NCBI GenBank assembly: GCA_030141605.1
Contig: JAQGDQ010000341.1
Location: 62,001 to 126,000 of the forward strand
Source of the DNA: Tubiluchus corallicola
Taxonomy: Eukaryota > Animalia > Priapulida
Direction of reading: 5' to 3'
Length of the DNA stretch: 64,000 nucleotides
Shown one piece after another: positions 12,733 through 25,215 of the stretch. Positions within the stretch are counted from its first letter, which is position 1, and every line of letters begins with the position of its first letter. The notes under the pieces were generated by a model. That model worked only from the letters and a program-made list of their open reading frames with translations, was not told the DNA's origin and searched no databases. Made by a program: the position numbers and the translations under genes.

Positions 12733-14018
12733 AAACACAATATGCATATATTGTGTTAAGTTAATGAAACTGAATCAGTGAACCGAGATGTGTATACAAT
12801 GTAATCAAATAATGGAACAGTCTGCAAATAGTGTACGTCGGCCATAAAACGTACGGCTTAAACATAATTAGAATTCAGTTGTGCAGACGTATAAAGTTAT
12901 AAAGTATGAAGATTAATAAACATCATACGGGTACAAAGTGAACATAGTGGATCGGGCCTAAAGGGTTTTGAACAAATTATAATTATTATTGTCACGTAAT
13001 TATATACTCACGTTATCATGATTTTGTGTTATTACGTATATCACAAAATAATACGAAAGGTTTCATAATTTCCAAACTTGGTCCACAAATCTAAACATGA
13101 TGTCAGAAATTGTAATTCGTTAAGATACAAAAACAAAGAAAAAACTGTTCAAAAAATAAAAATACGAAAATCGTAAGTAAAACTTGCAAAAAAAACTAAT
13201 TATGAGCACGATTTCGAACTACACATGAAATTTAGCTTATATTCATGTATTTGTCCATGTATTGTTAAATTTCGATTAATAACACTAACATATTATTTTA
13301 AGTTCAGATGACAATGTAAGATTTAAATAAAGAATAAAATGCATTTTGCACAATTAGAAATTTGGTAATTAGTGTTACTATCAAAGTACTATAAAATTTC
13401 AAGAAAGTATAGAATTATATTATGCACATTAGTTCACCTGTTGGTGCTGTAGACCGTTGGTCGCATCAATTCGTGCTGCAGTTGTCAGGCTGTTGGGTGA
13501 ATTGTAATGAATAAATCCCACAATTAAAAAAACATGGAAAAAAGGAAGAAAAACATGACTTCTAAAAAAGTACTACATGTAGTTCATCTCCAGATGAAAA
13601 AAAGAAAGATGAAAATTATGCAATGTGGAATTATTAATACAAACTTATAGGAGTTTTATTTATATAATTAACAGGTAAAGATATTACATTAGAAAGGATG
13701 CAAACACGTAGAAAAAACACAGAAGCACAACAACTAAAAAATACAAATGGAGAAACGCAGAGTACGAAATCACTGAATGTGGGCAGTGACTTCACACTTT
13801 ATTTACTCCCTTTTTGTTTTGTTTTTTGAGCAATCGTAATTTGAAGCGCCGTGTTTTTTTCTTCTCTTTTTTCCCGTGTTTTAACACGTATTCTTGTCAT
13901 TAGGAATTAATTGCTGTTACATTGGTCAATTTTATGTCGCCAAAAAACTTTGTTGTTAGTCACTAGCCTGACATATGTGCCTGTGCAATAAAAAAACGTT
14001 GGATAGTATTCCAACGTT

Positions 14019-15170
14019 TTATAAATTTTCTATTTCTTGAAGTAACATGCTCACAGAATCCATATCTTTCTGTTTATTATACTCGTTTTCTTTTGTTGTG
14101 CCTTTTGGAGATGACGAAACATTGTCCATTGTCGGAGAAATGTTCTGTAATTTGCTGGGGCTTGGCGCAGGTGACACAGGCATAGGTGATGATAGATTGT
14201 CGTTTGGTGTAGTAGCGCCATCTGTTGATGCTAATGATACTGCTGAGGCAAAAACTTTTTTTGATACCTGCGGTGATTCTAACAGTGAAGGAGTTTCCAT
14301 CGACGTCTGAGGCGATCCTGGTAGTGATGTCTTTGTTGATTCTCGTGATGATTTTTTTGGTAACTGACTTTTTATCGGTGTTAGTTGCGGGCTTGATATT
14401 TCTTCTCGAGCACCCTGCCCGGAATATATTTCACCTTCACTTGCGACCGAATTCAAAGAATTTGGTAACAACTCAAGAGGAACCTGCTCTTGTTTTGAAG
14501 CGGTGTCTGGTACTGCTCGTTGCAATCTGGCCGATTCCGCAGTCCCGCTATTTGTCTGTGGTTGTATGCCATTCCACTGATGTAATGGGGCAATTGGTGG
14601 TGGTGCGTGCCCAATGCTGTGTTGCAATTGAAAATTTCCAGTGTTACCACTAGGATGATAAGCGTTAGGGTGGTGACCCGACATTATAACAAATTCGTTA
14701 CTGTTCCACATTGTTGGATGTGAGTATGTAGTTGTTAATGCGTTGACATTGCAGTTCATTGTGGCAGAATTTTGCCCATAAGGTATCGCATAGTTGCCCT
14801 GGATTGGGATCATTTGTTGTCCATCAATAGGGTATGCAACTGGTTGGTTCTGTCGCCATTCTATGTCCCCCTGAAGACGACAAATTACACCAGGAATCAT
14901 TACTCCAACTGCAGCACACACTGCAATTATAGTGATAATCCAGAGAGGCAGGCCCGTCACAGCAGAAATTATCGCCGGTACAAAAGCCACGGAGAACAGC
15001 AAGACGGCGGTTATTATCATTATTTGTCCTTTTTTCTGCTTTTCATTCATTCTGTTCCATGGAACACTGGGTCCTCTTCTGTGACCATGTCGTCGACCAT
15101 GAAAGCCTCCATGTCCGTGATGGATTCCATGTCTGCGGTGTCCATGTCTTCTGCCACTACGTCTTGCCAT
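14019..15170 (-). CDS. Orphan two-TM hairpin membrane protein with His/Arg/Gly-rich N-terminus and long Ser/Pro/Gln-rich disordered tail (383 aa)
   Basis: 1152-bp open ORF; MARRSGRRHGHRRHGIHHGHGGFHGRRHGHRR, then two hydrophobic helices (IMIITAVLLFSVAFVPAIISAV; LWIITIIAVCAAVGVMIPGVIC). Confidence 0.88.
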   Translation of the reverse strand: MARRSGRRHGHRRHGIHHGHGGFHGRRHGHRRGPSVPWNRMNEKQKKGQIMIITAVLLFSVAFVPAIISAVTGLPLWIITIIAVCAAVGVMIPGVICRLQGDIEWRQNQPVAYPIDGQQMIPIQGNYAIPYGQNSATMNCNVNALTTTYSHPTMWNSNEFVIMSGHHPNAYHPSGNTGNFQLQHSIGHAPPPIAPLHQWNGIQPQTNSGTAESARLQRAVPDTASKQEQVPLELLPNSLNSVASEGEIYSGQGAREEISSPQLTPIKSQLPKKSSRESTKTSLPGSPQTSMETPSLLESPQVSKKVFASAVSLASTDGATTPNDNLSSPMPVSPAPSPSKLQNISPTMDNVSSSPKGTTKENEYNKQKDMDSVSMLLQEIENL

Positions 15171-16199
15171 TGTTCCAGTCTGTTCAAGAGCCTTTAGGAG
15201 ATCGGGTGTCTGATGATGCGTACTAACGTAGTAGGCTGGTAACTGTTTCTACTTTACTAATTTGTTCCTTACATACGTTTTGTTTATAATCTTGGAGGTA
15301 ATACAACGCACCGTTGATCTATATGGGTCCATGTGCAGCGTAACTCAATGACAAACTGTTAATGGCTTTTATTGGTTATCCGTATCCCACAGATCTGCTC
15401 ACCACTTGGGTCTCATTTTATCTCCATCGTTGTTCTGTTTTCACAAATGTCTTGTTTGACTACTCTGAGTTATCAAATGATATTTTCCTTTATGCTTTAC
15501 ACTCATTTTTGCTTCACTAAAATGCATTCACTTAAAGTATTTTTGGCTAAAAGTTTGGACCTATAAAGTAAACCTTCAAGAAGCAGAAACTCATGAACTC
15601 GTGGCAGCTTCTACGCAATGTCGTTTAATTCATCAGTGCTTTGACACTTTATGCTATTCTTCCCTCCAACGTTATAATGTCATTAGTGTGACATTCAATT
15701 ATTCATTACTTGTAGCACAGAGAAGATATTATATGATCAACTTGTCGTGATACGGAACTTGACAACTGCTGCTTGGTTACTTCATAAAATGCAAATAGTT
15801 TTTTTTTCATTTTTGATTGAACTGGGACTCTAAGATAAAAGTTCTTATAGGCAAGTCGGTAGAGATAAACTGGTTTTCGTTGATAAATATCACATAGTAA
15901 AAAGGCCAGCAATTTCATCTGCTTACTGTATTGGACCAAAAGTAATAGAGGCGATAAGCCAGTCGCGTATATGCATATAGTCAGGACACAACGTTGTATT
16001 GAAACGCAACTATTTTATATTTTAACTCTTTATTTAATAAAATTGGAGATATGCGTGACAAATAGTTTGTTGGAAGAAGAAGAACTAACGGTGTAGTTTA
16101 CAAAAAGAAGGTGGCTGTGAAATATTTGCAAAAGAACAGTTAATGAGAAAATGAAATCATGAATGTGGTACTATTTGGCAGTGATATTTTTAATGTAGA

Positions 16200-16716
16200 A
16201 TGTGCCATGTGCTCGCCGAAGCCCTCTTGAAAAAGGGCTTCATGGTCGTCAGGGAACGATGGTTCGAGGTCAACAGAACCAGGTTTTATCCCGACATCCT
16301 GGCTACCAAAGATGGCCATACGTATGTTATTTCATCCACATTCATCCGGTTTCATCTAACCTCCTCGGCGGCAGGAAACATCAACTGGCTAAGGGCTAGG
16401 TGCAGGGACAAAGCTCTGAAGTACGAACCAATCCTTGCTCATGTCAAGAGACGTTGCGGCTCTGCCACTCCCTCGTCGCATGGCATCTGTGTGGGTTATC
16501 GCGGGGAGTGGGGCGCCAACGATGACCTCCTGAAGACGCTCGATCTTCTGGGCATCCGAGCCAAGCTGATCCACTCTGTGATTAGAGGCTCGTGCAACAC
16601 CTGGAGAAAGTACCTGAGAGAATGATGAAAGTAATGATCAACAGGCAAAAAGGGAATGGACTCCCGTCGCCTCTGGCACAGGATGATACATCCTAGGGCT
16701 ACTCGAGTCCCAAGAA
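16200..16716 (+). mobile_element. 5'-truncated non-LTR retrotransposon fragment with restriction-like endonuclease (R2/NeSL/Utopia-type RLE) and 3' UTR
   Basis: Abrupt GC rise at 16200; LAEALLKKGFMVVRE…YPDIL…KALKY…GYRGEW…LL…LG…IRGS pattern typical of an RLE-domain C-terminus. Confidence 0.8.
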
Positions 16717-16717
16717 G

Positions 16718-16808
16718 CTGGTGCTTCTGCTGGTGCTTCTGCATTGTTCTGCTGGTGCCTCTGCATTGTTCTGCTGGTGCTTCTGCATTGTTCTGCTGGT
16801 GCCTCTGC
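16718..16808. repeat. 22-bp minisatellite (ctgcattgttctgctggtgcYt), ~3.5 copies
   Basis: Direct inspection; adjoins the RLE fragment. Confidence 0.9.
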
Positions 16809-17687
16809 AACGTTGATCAGTTATTAGCAAGAATACTAAATATTCCTCAGACTTAACACCACAGCACGTTTGGCATTTAATTTGATTTCCAAGGGAATCT
16901 CTTGTAGCTTTTCCACTATGTTCATTTAAAAATGCCTTTTTGCCTGCCGCAAATATTACAGTTTTGTTTTCAAAACCACGGCGATAGTTATTAGGTTTGG
17001 AAGTTTAGTCTCTTTGTTCATGTGTTTTTACCTGCTCGTTCATTCACTTATTTACTTATTTCATCGTTTGCTTGCTGATTCAATAAACAAAACAGTAATT
17101 ATTTAATTAAATCATTGTGCCATTTTTCATCTGATTTAAATGGAGTTAAGAATTAACACATGTTTTTTCTTCATATTTCTTTTATTTATTTGCTTATTGG
17201 TTTAATGAGATAAGTGGTGACTGTTTAATCAAACCGTTTATCATCATACGCCATCCATACATCATCATTATCATCACCGTCATCGTCGACCTTACCACAG
17301 ATGTTCAGACAATAAAATTAACTAAAAATTTTTAACACTTCAAAAACTCACACGTGTGCATATAAACACTGAAAATTATCAAAAACTTTTGCTCAGAGGA
17401 GAACGTTGGTTGAATTGATTGGGCTCTATTGCCTTGACTATCTAGTCTGCAAATAAAGACAGCAATTAACTATTATAGTCAGTTATTGTTTTTTACTATT
17501 GGGTGTGTATAGTTTGATAAGGCTTTTGACAGTGCTAGTAACAGTAACACAAGAAAATAATTAGACAATTACTGGTTTATTAGACAGCAGAGCTGTTAGT
17601 ATCACCTTATTGTGCTTAATTGTTGGCAACAGCGTTCCAACATCTGATGCGTGTACGACAGTTTTTATGTACCAATAGATATGGAAT

Positions 17688-17915
17688 AAACTTAACTAGA
17701 CTAAACTCAACTCAACTCAACTCAACTCAACTAAACTAAGCTAAGCTAAAGTTAAAACTAAACTAAGCTAACCTAAGCTTAGCTCAGCTAAGCTAACCTA
17801 GCCAAACCAAACCAAACCAAACCAAACCAAACCAAACCAAACCAAACCAAACCAAACCAAACCAATCCAAACCGAACCAAACCAAACCAAACCAAACTAA
17901 ACCAAACTAAACTAA
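17688..17915. repeat. Compound pentanucleotide microsatellite (AACTC/AAGCT/AAACC/AAACT)n
   Basis: Direct inspection. Confidence 0.95.
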
Positions 17916-18315
17916 AATTCGTCTGTTATTTGAAATAGTGTTTTAGTTGCGCCGCCGCCAAGACATTCAACCGTTCAACGAGTTTTTTCCTGTTTTACTT
18001 GTTTTATTTTGCGCAAATTTTCTAAAAATCAGCTTTATATTATAGCTTTATTGTAGTTAATGAATTTGTCACAGCAGCACATTTTAACAACGTTACAGTG
18101 CACATTCCAAACTACAATTTAGCGTAACTTTTTATGTTTTTAAGGGCGTTAATCTATTTCTCTGCTTGAGCTGTTCAACTTTCATCATGACGGCAAGTAT
18201 CAAATTTGATGTTAAATTTTATTGTCGGATTAAAAAAGTACATTTAACAGATAACTAAGTAGTGTAATTTTGTAGTTATAGTGCATTCGATTTTGAACAA
18301 ACAATGTGTTTAAGT

Positions 18316-21300
18316 CTAGTTATACGTATTTCTGAAAGATAAAAGCACTGTTTGCAGTAAAATGTTAAGGAGTATTAAATTGACACCCCGATATAGCGGA
18401 ATCTTCGAAGAGAGTTGACAGCGATAATGTGTCAAACACTTAATCGTAGAATCTCTCCAGTGGAATTCAATTACCCATTGCATACTGCAGTTACACGCAA
18501 GTCTGGTACCTGAAAAACATTCTGCATAAGTTGGGTTACTATAATGCTTCCACAAATTGTCTTAGAACTGAGTAGTCACTATGCACTTCACTGATTTTAA
18601 TTTTTTTTACAAACAAAATAGAATTTAATTTTTGAAAATCAGCACGGATGAACCACTTTTCAGAATTCGTTTATACGAATCGGTCGAAAATTTGAAACAC
18701 TGAAAATCTGATATATGGTGAAATGTCACGTAGAGGAGTTTATAAGTCGAATTTTACAAGTATTCAAGCAACTTAAAATGATACTTAAGATAATACATTC
18801 GGTACCGTATGATAATCCTTCCAATTTTATCTATCAAACATCAAAAACACTAAAAATAAGAGAACTTCATGACAGTCATTACTTGTTATTTATATATAGA
18901 TTTTATAATGGTTTACTTCCTCCTGCATTTAAATCATATTTCCAACCATTCAGTGAAATTCATAGTTATGCAAACAATAACTACTACATGCCGCCTCATA
19001 GAGCTGATCCATTTAGAAGAACAACACCTTTTAACGCTATAAAGCTGAGAGTAAACTCACAAGTTGTGAACGCCTTACGAGGCTCTGTCGGCAAGTTATT
19101 TCAAACTCTCCGAGAGTTGCTGTGAGCTAGCAGGACCGGAGTCAGAGGACCCGCGCCTCCCATTCCGACTGGGGCACTCAGTTTCATATTCTAGTCAGCC
19201 ACATTTTTAGAGTAGATATCAGAGAGCAGTATGCTTATGTAGTGTTTTAGTAAACAGTGGTCTTAGGTTAAAATGACAAAGTCAGGAGTAAGTAGTTTGA
19301 TGAGCTTATTATCTTAAAGCACAAGAAACCCTCCACTTACATAAAACTTGAAAAATTCGTCTAGAAATTTACCATTTACATACTTTTTTCCTGCATACAG
19401 GACTTGCGTCAGCAGCAGTATATAGCATGTGAATTTAAATTCCCGGGATGGCCGTGAGACGCAGCCATTTTGACGATAAGTCATTTGAAACAAGTTTAGA
19501 TAACATTGTGTTAAGTTTGAAAAAATAATCACTGCAGACGTAAATAAATAAGTAAATAAATAAATAAAATAACTAAATAAGTAAAATTTTAAATTATCGT
19601 ATATCGTCAATAAGATTAAAAATATGTTTTTGCTTATTGAGTGGTGCATCCTGGAGGTGAGTCAGCGACATTTTACCAATTGAAAGGATTTTAAATAATT
19701 AACAATTTTCTTTTCTAGTTACGTAAGTCTCTCAAGCAGGTAAACGAAATGCTAAGTAATATAACTTTGCATGGAAAGTTTTTGGGACGTAGTTTAACAT
19801 TCCTTTTTCTTTCCCTGATTTACGTTGCTCGTATATTACGCCATGTAATGGCGCGGTCGGAACAGTATGACGAAAATTTAAAAGGAAAACGAACAAAAAT
19901 CTTTTCAACCCGACTACAATATACGCATAAAATTGGCATAAAGTAATATAAATTTTTAAGCGACTTTTCTGAAACCAACTTCGGGTACCCCTTTTCTTGT
20001 CCTTTAATCCTTTAAATGAACCTAGCCTTATATACAGTTTCCTAGTTGTGTTATAATTAGAGCAATTTATTATAGCGAACCAAGAGAAAAAAACAACAAT
20101 TCAACAACAAAACAACAAAAATATTTCTCCTTATTTGTAACAATCTACTTTACAAAATTAACTTAAATGAGGCCCGATTCATTTTCTATATTGTTTAAAT
20201 TTATGATTCATAGATAATTCTTTAGTAGTAGTACTAGTAGAGCTTCTCGGTCTAAATACAAAGTTACAACTACGATTTAATATTAAGTATAGCAAAACAC
20301 TAGTTTATATTCAGTCTTTAAAAAAAGCACAAATCACTTAACGTGTTTTCGTTTTGTTTTACTGTTATCGCTTAAACTTAGAAAAGTATAACCAAGAAAT
20401 TTGCAAAAACTTTCTGTAAAGCATAAATTTAAAATGTACTACCTCTCAACAGAAATTTTTAAGTGAGGTGGTTGCCGTCAGTTGTCTGAAAATTATGACG
20501 TAACTGGGGTACTTCGTGACTTTTCTTAAAGTTCAGAATAAAGACTGCTCCAAAATATTGAAAACTACAATAGCTTTTTTTTAAATTTTTTAAATCAAAG
20601 CTTAGATTAAATAAGAATTACCTCGGATACTCAAATTTCGTTAAACTTTCAATGGTACGCGCGGCTCAGTGAATCTACTAAGATTGGCAACGGCGCCTTT
20701 TTGTCACATTCGCGTGGCCGACGAATAGAAGGCGGTACCATGATAAACATGATCACGAACTGCGGTGTTAGTTTTTGACGTCATATGATGTTGAGCCCAC
20801 TTTTCGTTACAACATGCGTTTACACAGTATTGTAACACTTATGCAAATATGCTTGATGCGCAAGGGAAGACGCCTGCCATTGCGCAAACTGTGGTTAGTT
20901 TCTGAAGTAAGCAATAGCTGTTTTCGGTTGATGTTAATTAACTTTCAAAGCTAATTATTGAAATATAAGGAACAATTGCTAACTTTTATAGGCAAGAATA
21001 TATATGCATATTTTGGACATTAGATTAAAATGTGATTGAGTCTAAACAATCGTTCGGTCTTTCTTTTAACTGCATCGTAGCTTTCGGTGAGTGCGCGCTG
21101 CTTAAACTAATTCAAACTTCTGCAGCTTACCCTAATATTCACCCAGAAATGTTACAGCGTCAGCTAGCTAATGTTTTTGTAAAAAAAATTAATTTTTAGA
21201 AAGTAGGAGGAGTGTTGATTCGGTGGGTGTTGATGTACACTGCAAATTACTTGATTTTATTAATTTTGCAGCTGTAGAGTCCGAAGAAGATTTTAAGTTA

Positions 21301-22013
21301 TATCACCACTTAATACATCGGTGAGTTCTCATTATTTGGTATTTTTCTATCTGTATTTCTGATTCTATACCTGTGATATTAAGAAGATCTGGTACGTGAG
21401 GCATGTTGACTATTGGCTCGTCCATCAACTCTAAGCCAGCGTTCTTAATGACGATTTTGTTCAGTTTTTTGCTGTTGGAAAAATCCAGTGCACCAAGTGT
21501 TATCAGTTTTGGAGTATTTTCAATTACGATTTCCAACAACTCCGGTAACTCAGAAAACGCTTTATCTGCGATGGAAGCCAAATAATAATTTTCCTTTAGC
21601 CACAAGAGCCTCATGTTTGGAAGGCCAATGAAGGTCTCATTTGTTATATTCGTAATATTTGATTGATGTAGGCGAAACGAAAAGAGAAATTGTCCTCCAT
21701 TGATGAAACCTCTCTGTGGTAATGAACTGTCGGAAAAATAAAATATGTGCAAGTGGTACCATGTGCCTAGGAACTCAGACAGGCTGCCTATGATGTCTTT
21801 AAATTCACGATTATCAATATGGTTATTTCCACGAAGTCCGCAAGTTATGAAACAAAGGCTTGTGTTCAGTGATGTGACAGGCTGTTTACTGTAAGCGCAA
21901 TCTATTATAGGCCTGGTAAATTCACACGATTCGTCTTCGTTTGCGTTGGCATACAAGAGGAACTTGACAAAAATCATCAGACAAGCATGTAGCCAGGTAC
22001 TGCATCTGTTCAT
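18316..22013 (-). CDS. Secreted/GPI-type LRR protein, copy 1 (2 coding exons: 22013-21371, 18509-18316; 278 aa)
   Basis: Signal peptide MNRCST…LLYANA, 4-Cys cap, LRRs; phase-1 donor acag|gtatag matches phase-1 acceptor tttttcag|gt, giving LNITGTRLACNCSMQW (LRRCT), ending in hydrophobic GVNLILLNILLQTVLLSF. Confidence 0.85.
18750..19050 (+). mobile_element. L2/CR1-type LINE ORF2 C-terminal remnant (in the intron of LRR copy 1)
   Basis: KIIHSVPY…LKIRELH…LLFIYRFYNGLLPPAFKSYF…IHSY resembles the conserved post-RT tail of L2/CR1 LINEs. Confidence 0.65.
19318..20003. mobile_element. Kolobok-type non-autonomous DNA transposon (complete copy)
   Basis: TTAA|AGCACAAGAAA … TTTCTTGTCCT|TTAA: TTAA TSD, AG…CT termini, imperfect 11-bp TIR; two more related copies in the window. 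Confidence 0.8.
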
Positions 22014-22934
22014 TGTTGGTCGCTTACTTAAATAGCACTTATGTATTATTGCACAACATTGCAATGTTAACAATAGTAGGAGACTACTGTAACTGGTGTT
22101 GTAGCTGCTAAGCAGCTAAAACACTGTTAGCTAAAATAGATGATAAGATCATCATCTAAGTTAACTGGGTCTCCTGTCTATGCCCAGAAAACAAATGTGA
22201 ATGATATGACGACAAAGCAAATCACTAAGATACCAGTTACTAAGCAACTTTAGGTTATGCAACTCCGTGGTTGTATCTTTCATCATGCGGCTGGAAATCT
22301 ATTGTACAATCATTATCAAATCATTCATAGGAAATATCAGTCGACTATCAGTTATTAGTCATCAGTTTTTCAGTTTTATAGTAGATGCTTCATATCGATA
22401 TTTGGATTCAGTTATTTTTCTTACCGTTTTGTCTTTATTCTTCAGCCTTGGGCTTGAAACAACTTGCATTGTCTCTGTGTCAGCAACATTACAACTCTAA
22501 TTACTAAACTTTCAATTAAATCTGTTTGACTGATTAAGCACCAACAATAACTCGTGGTTTTCTAGACACTTTTTGCACCACAGAAAAAACGTTCAAGTAC
22601 TTCCTTGCCTTGTTTTGGAATTGTTTGCCTTTGCACTTATACACGACTCATTTCCTTGTACTACTACGCCATTCGCAACGTTATGTAGCAATCAAAAGAA
22701 CCATGATTGTTCGGTCTCTCGGAGCTAAGCACTGGTTTGTTTCTCGATTCGAGGTATCAGAGAGGAACGTGGACGATAAACCTTCAAAAATCAACATTTT
22801 ACGCCCGTGTTTTGCAAAATTTAGCTGGATATGATAGGTGTAATTAGATTTCGCCCGAGTTTCCACTGGGTCCTGGTACAGTTTTGACAGCACGGCATGA
22901 GCTTGATATTAATCCTTGCAAAGCTTCACAAGCC

Positions 22935-23012
22935 TGTTGTTGATGTTGTTGTTATTGTTATTGATGTTGTTGTTGTTGCTGTTGTTGTCATTGTTGTTAT
23001 TATTGGTGATGT
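22935..23012. repeat. (TTG)n-like microsatellite
   Basis: Direct inspection; explains the poly-Leu ORF 22916-23128. Confidence 0.9.
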
Positions 23013-24313
23013 GGTGTGGTGTGGTAAGAAAAGTGTGGACAATGGCCAGGCACGACGCCTTGATGCAGGCTAGTCTGAATTATGTTTACGTTGCACGTTG
23101 CGTTGTGGGATGTAATAAGCTCACTTGAGCTTTAAATTCTCAATTGGCACTGTAATTGACAGCTGTTTCTAGAGATAATATAAATTCATTTCTCAAGAGA
23201 TGACGCCATTCCGTTTAACGTAAACCTAAACATGATTAAAAAGCCAAAAAAGCCAATAATGTCGCTACGCTACAAGTGAGATATTTTCAATAGCGTCTGC
23301 CACATCCAAGTGTAAGGTACCACCGTAAAACCAACGTCTAATTTTTTCAAATAAGTTTAATTATTTCTCTTTTCATCAATCTATTATTTATTACTCACCG
23401 TAGTTTTTGAAGTGAACTGGGCACTTTTAGTTTTTCTTCTTACAGCTAAGAAAAGGGGAAGGTACGTATGCAGACACATCATCAAAGCTACTTAATATTT
23501 GTTGCATAATCATGCTGCCTTGCTTATTCATTGATTTTTCTTCGTATTTGTTTTTTTGGCTACACATTTTCAAGCCATATTGTTCTTCTTTATTTTAATT
23601 ATTTTCATTATTTACTTATATTCATGTTTTCCTGTTGTCTCATAGTCGAATTATTCAGTTTCAATTTTTTTTAACTTTATTGGTTTATATTCGTATTATC
23701 TTTTGGTTGTTGTTGTGATTCGGAAAATTAACATAGTTTTCATTGAAACGTTTTATGTTCTCTTATCTTCTTTTTTGAATTATTACTTACTTGTTATGCT
23801 TTTAATTTTGTCTTTTGATTTTGTTATGCCTATAAATTTTCATTAATCTCATCTGAGAATGGCAGTTGACTTGTTGACCAGTCTTTCGCAACCCTTTCTT
23901 TTACACTCCCTGTGACATTTTCTAATATCTTCATCCTTACACGGCTTCTGAATTGTTTTATAAGTACTTTTTGTTCTTAACTGTAAATTGTGCATTTCAG
24001 GAGATAAATAAATATTGTCTATTTCCACGCCTCTTGTTTTATAGTCTCCCGGTTTTTTTAATTTTTTTTTGGTCACAGCTTTGCATATCTTTTTTATTCT
24101 TTACCTTTTCGTGAAGTGTACTAATATTTTAGGGCCTGCTTACCCTTTGCCAGAATAGGTTTATCAATATCTGCATACCGCCGGCCATGTTCTGGTTTGT
24201 TCAAGCTAAAAGACTACACACATGGCTCACTTTTCAGGGCAAGCCTATATATGAGTTAGACTCAAAACGTCAAAACTGCTTGTTTGGCTTACATCAAGCA
24301 CATCACTGCATTA

Positions 24314-24478
24314 TGGCACGTTCAGACGTAGAGACTTGTCTCTCTTAGAGAAGTTGCCAAGCCGTTCACACGCAACTTGTTGCGCAACTTCTCTATCAGA
24401 GTTGCCAAGCCGTTCACAAGTTGCACCTTTACACTCAGAGAGAAGCTGCGAGAGAAGTCTTTACGTTAAAACGCGCCA
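24314..24478. mobile_element. PIF/Harbinger-type MITE
   Basis: Imperfect TIRs tggcacgttcagacgtagagactt / aagtctttacgttaaaacgcgcca flanked by TTA on both sides; internal direct repeat agttgccaagccgttcaca. Confidence 0.7.
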
Positions 24479-25215
24479 TTAAGCACTGGGAGGATGACAG
24501 CGAGTTGTGACTAAACTTACAGTATCACATGCAGCCCTTTTGTAAACTCAAGTAAGTAATAGGTTATTTTGTGAATTAACAATTTCACAAATATAGGTAA
24601 GCAGTCAATAATTAGTGGTTATCTACGACATAGGACAAAGTTCCTACTACATATAAGGTTCTACAGCCTTTCAATTTTAGATTTCTTTTGTATGATCTCA
24701 TATGTATAATTATGGGCTTTATGTTACTTGATGCGGAGTCTGTGAGTGTAGGTAAACTATACTATACTCATGTTTGATCTTAAATGTTACTGAAATAAAA
24801 GTAAACAATCACATTGTTTATCAATTGTCAATTACTTTTGTTCATTTACTGTAAAGCTTATTTTCTATCATCTTTCAGTTTATTATCTCTATCTGCATTT
24901 ATAAAACCTATTTGTCATTTTTTAGTTTTTTTGTTTTATAAGATTAGTATGTGCGTTGTGAACTCTTAACTGTGGTTTCATATTTGTACAAAAACATTGT
25001 TTTAGGGCAAGTAGTCGCTGGATAACGTGCATATATTTTTTACTTCCGTCTTTCTGCTGCATAAAGTAGGCATTTACGTTTTTAACTCATGATTAAACTT
25101 GAATGCTGGTATAAAATCTTTATGGTTAAAAAAAGTCTATTGAAAACCGAAGTTATTTTGGTGAACACTGTTACTCGTAGTGTCTTGTTAGTTGAAGAAC
25201 AAAAATGAGTGTTGT

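Noticed and set aside
14047-15197. Several + strand ORFs overlapping the 383-aa gene (likewise 880-1158, 7347-7664, 9564-9869, 27245-27496)
   Set aside because: Antisense shadows of real CDSs with no recognisable motifs
19050-19195. GC-rich segment considered as an HDV-like ribozyme
   Set aside because: I could not build consistent P1/P2/P3 pairing; no complete hammerhead core (CUGANGA…GAAA with stems) was found by eye in the window either
21303-22073. ORF-track single-exon 256-aa (and 228-aa at 27067-27753) LRR proteins
   Set aside because: The ORF ends run into introns; phase-matched donors and downstream LRRCT exons give better two-exon models, and Met 22013 gives a proper signal peptide
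23400-24250. Exon-like + strand blocks (ttacag…|gtacgt at ~23445-23461; tttag|ggcctg at ~24132) and ORF 23849-24076
   Set aside because: No consistent reading frame or recognisable protein could be assembled
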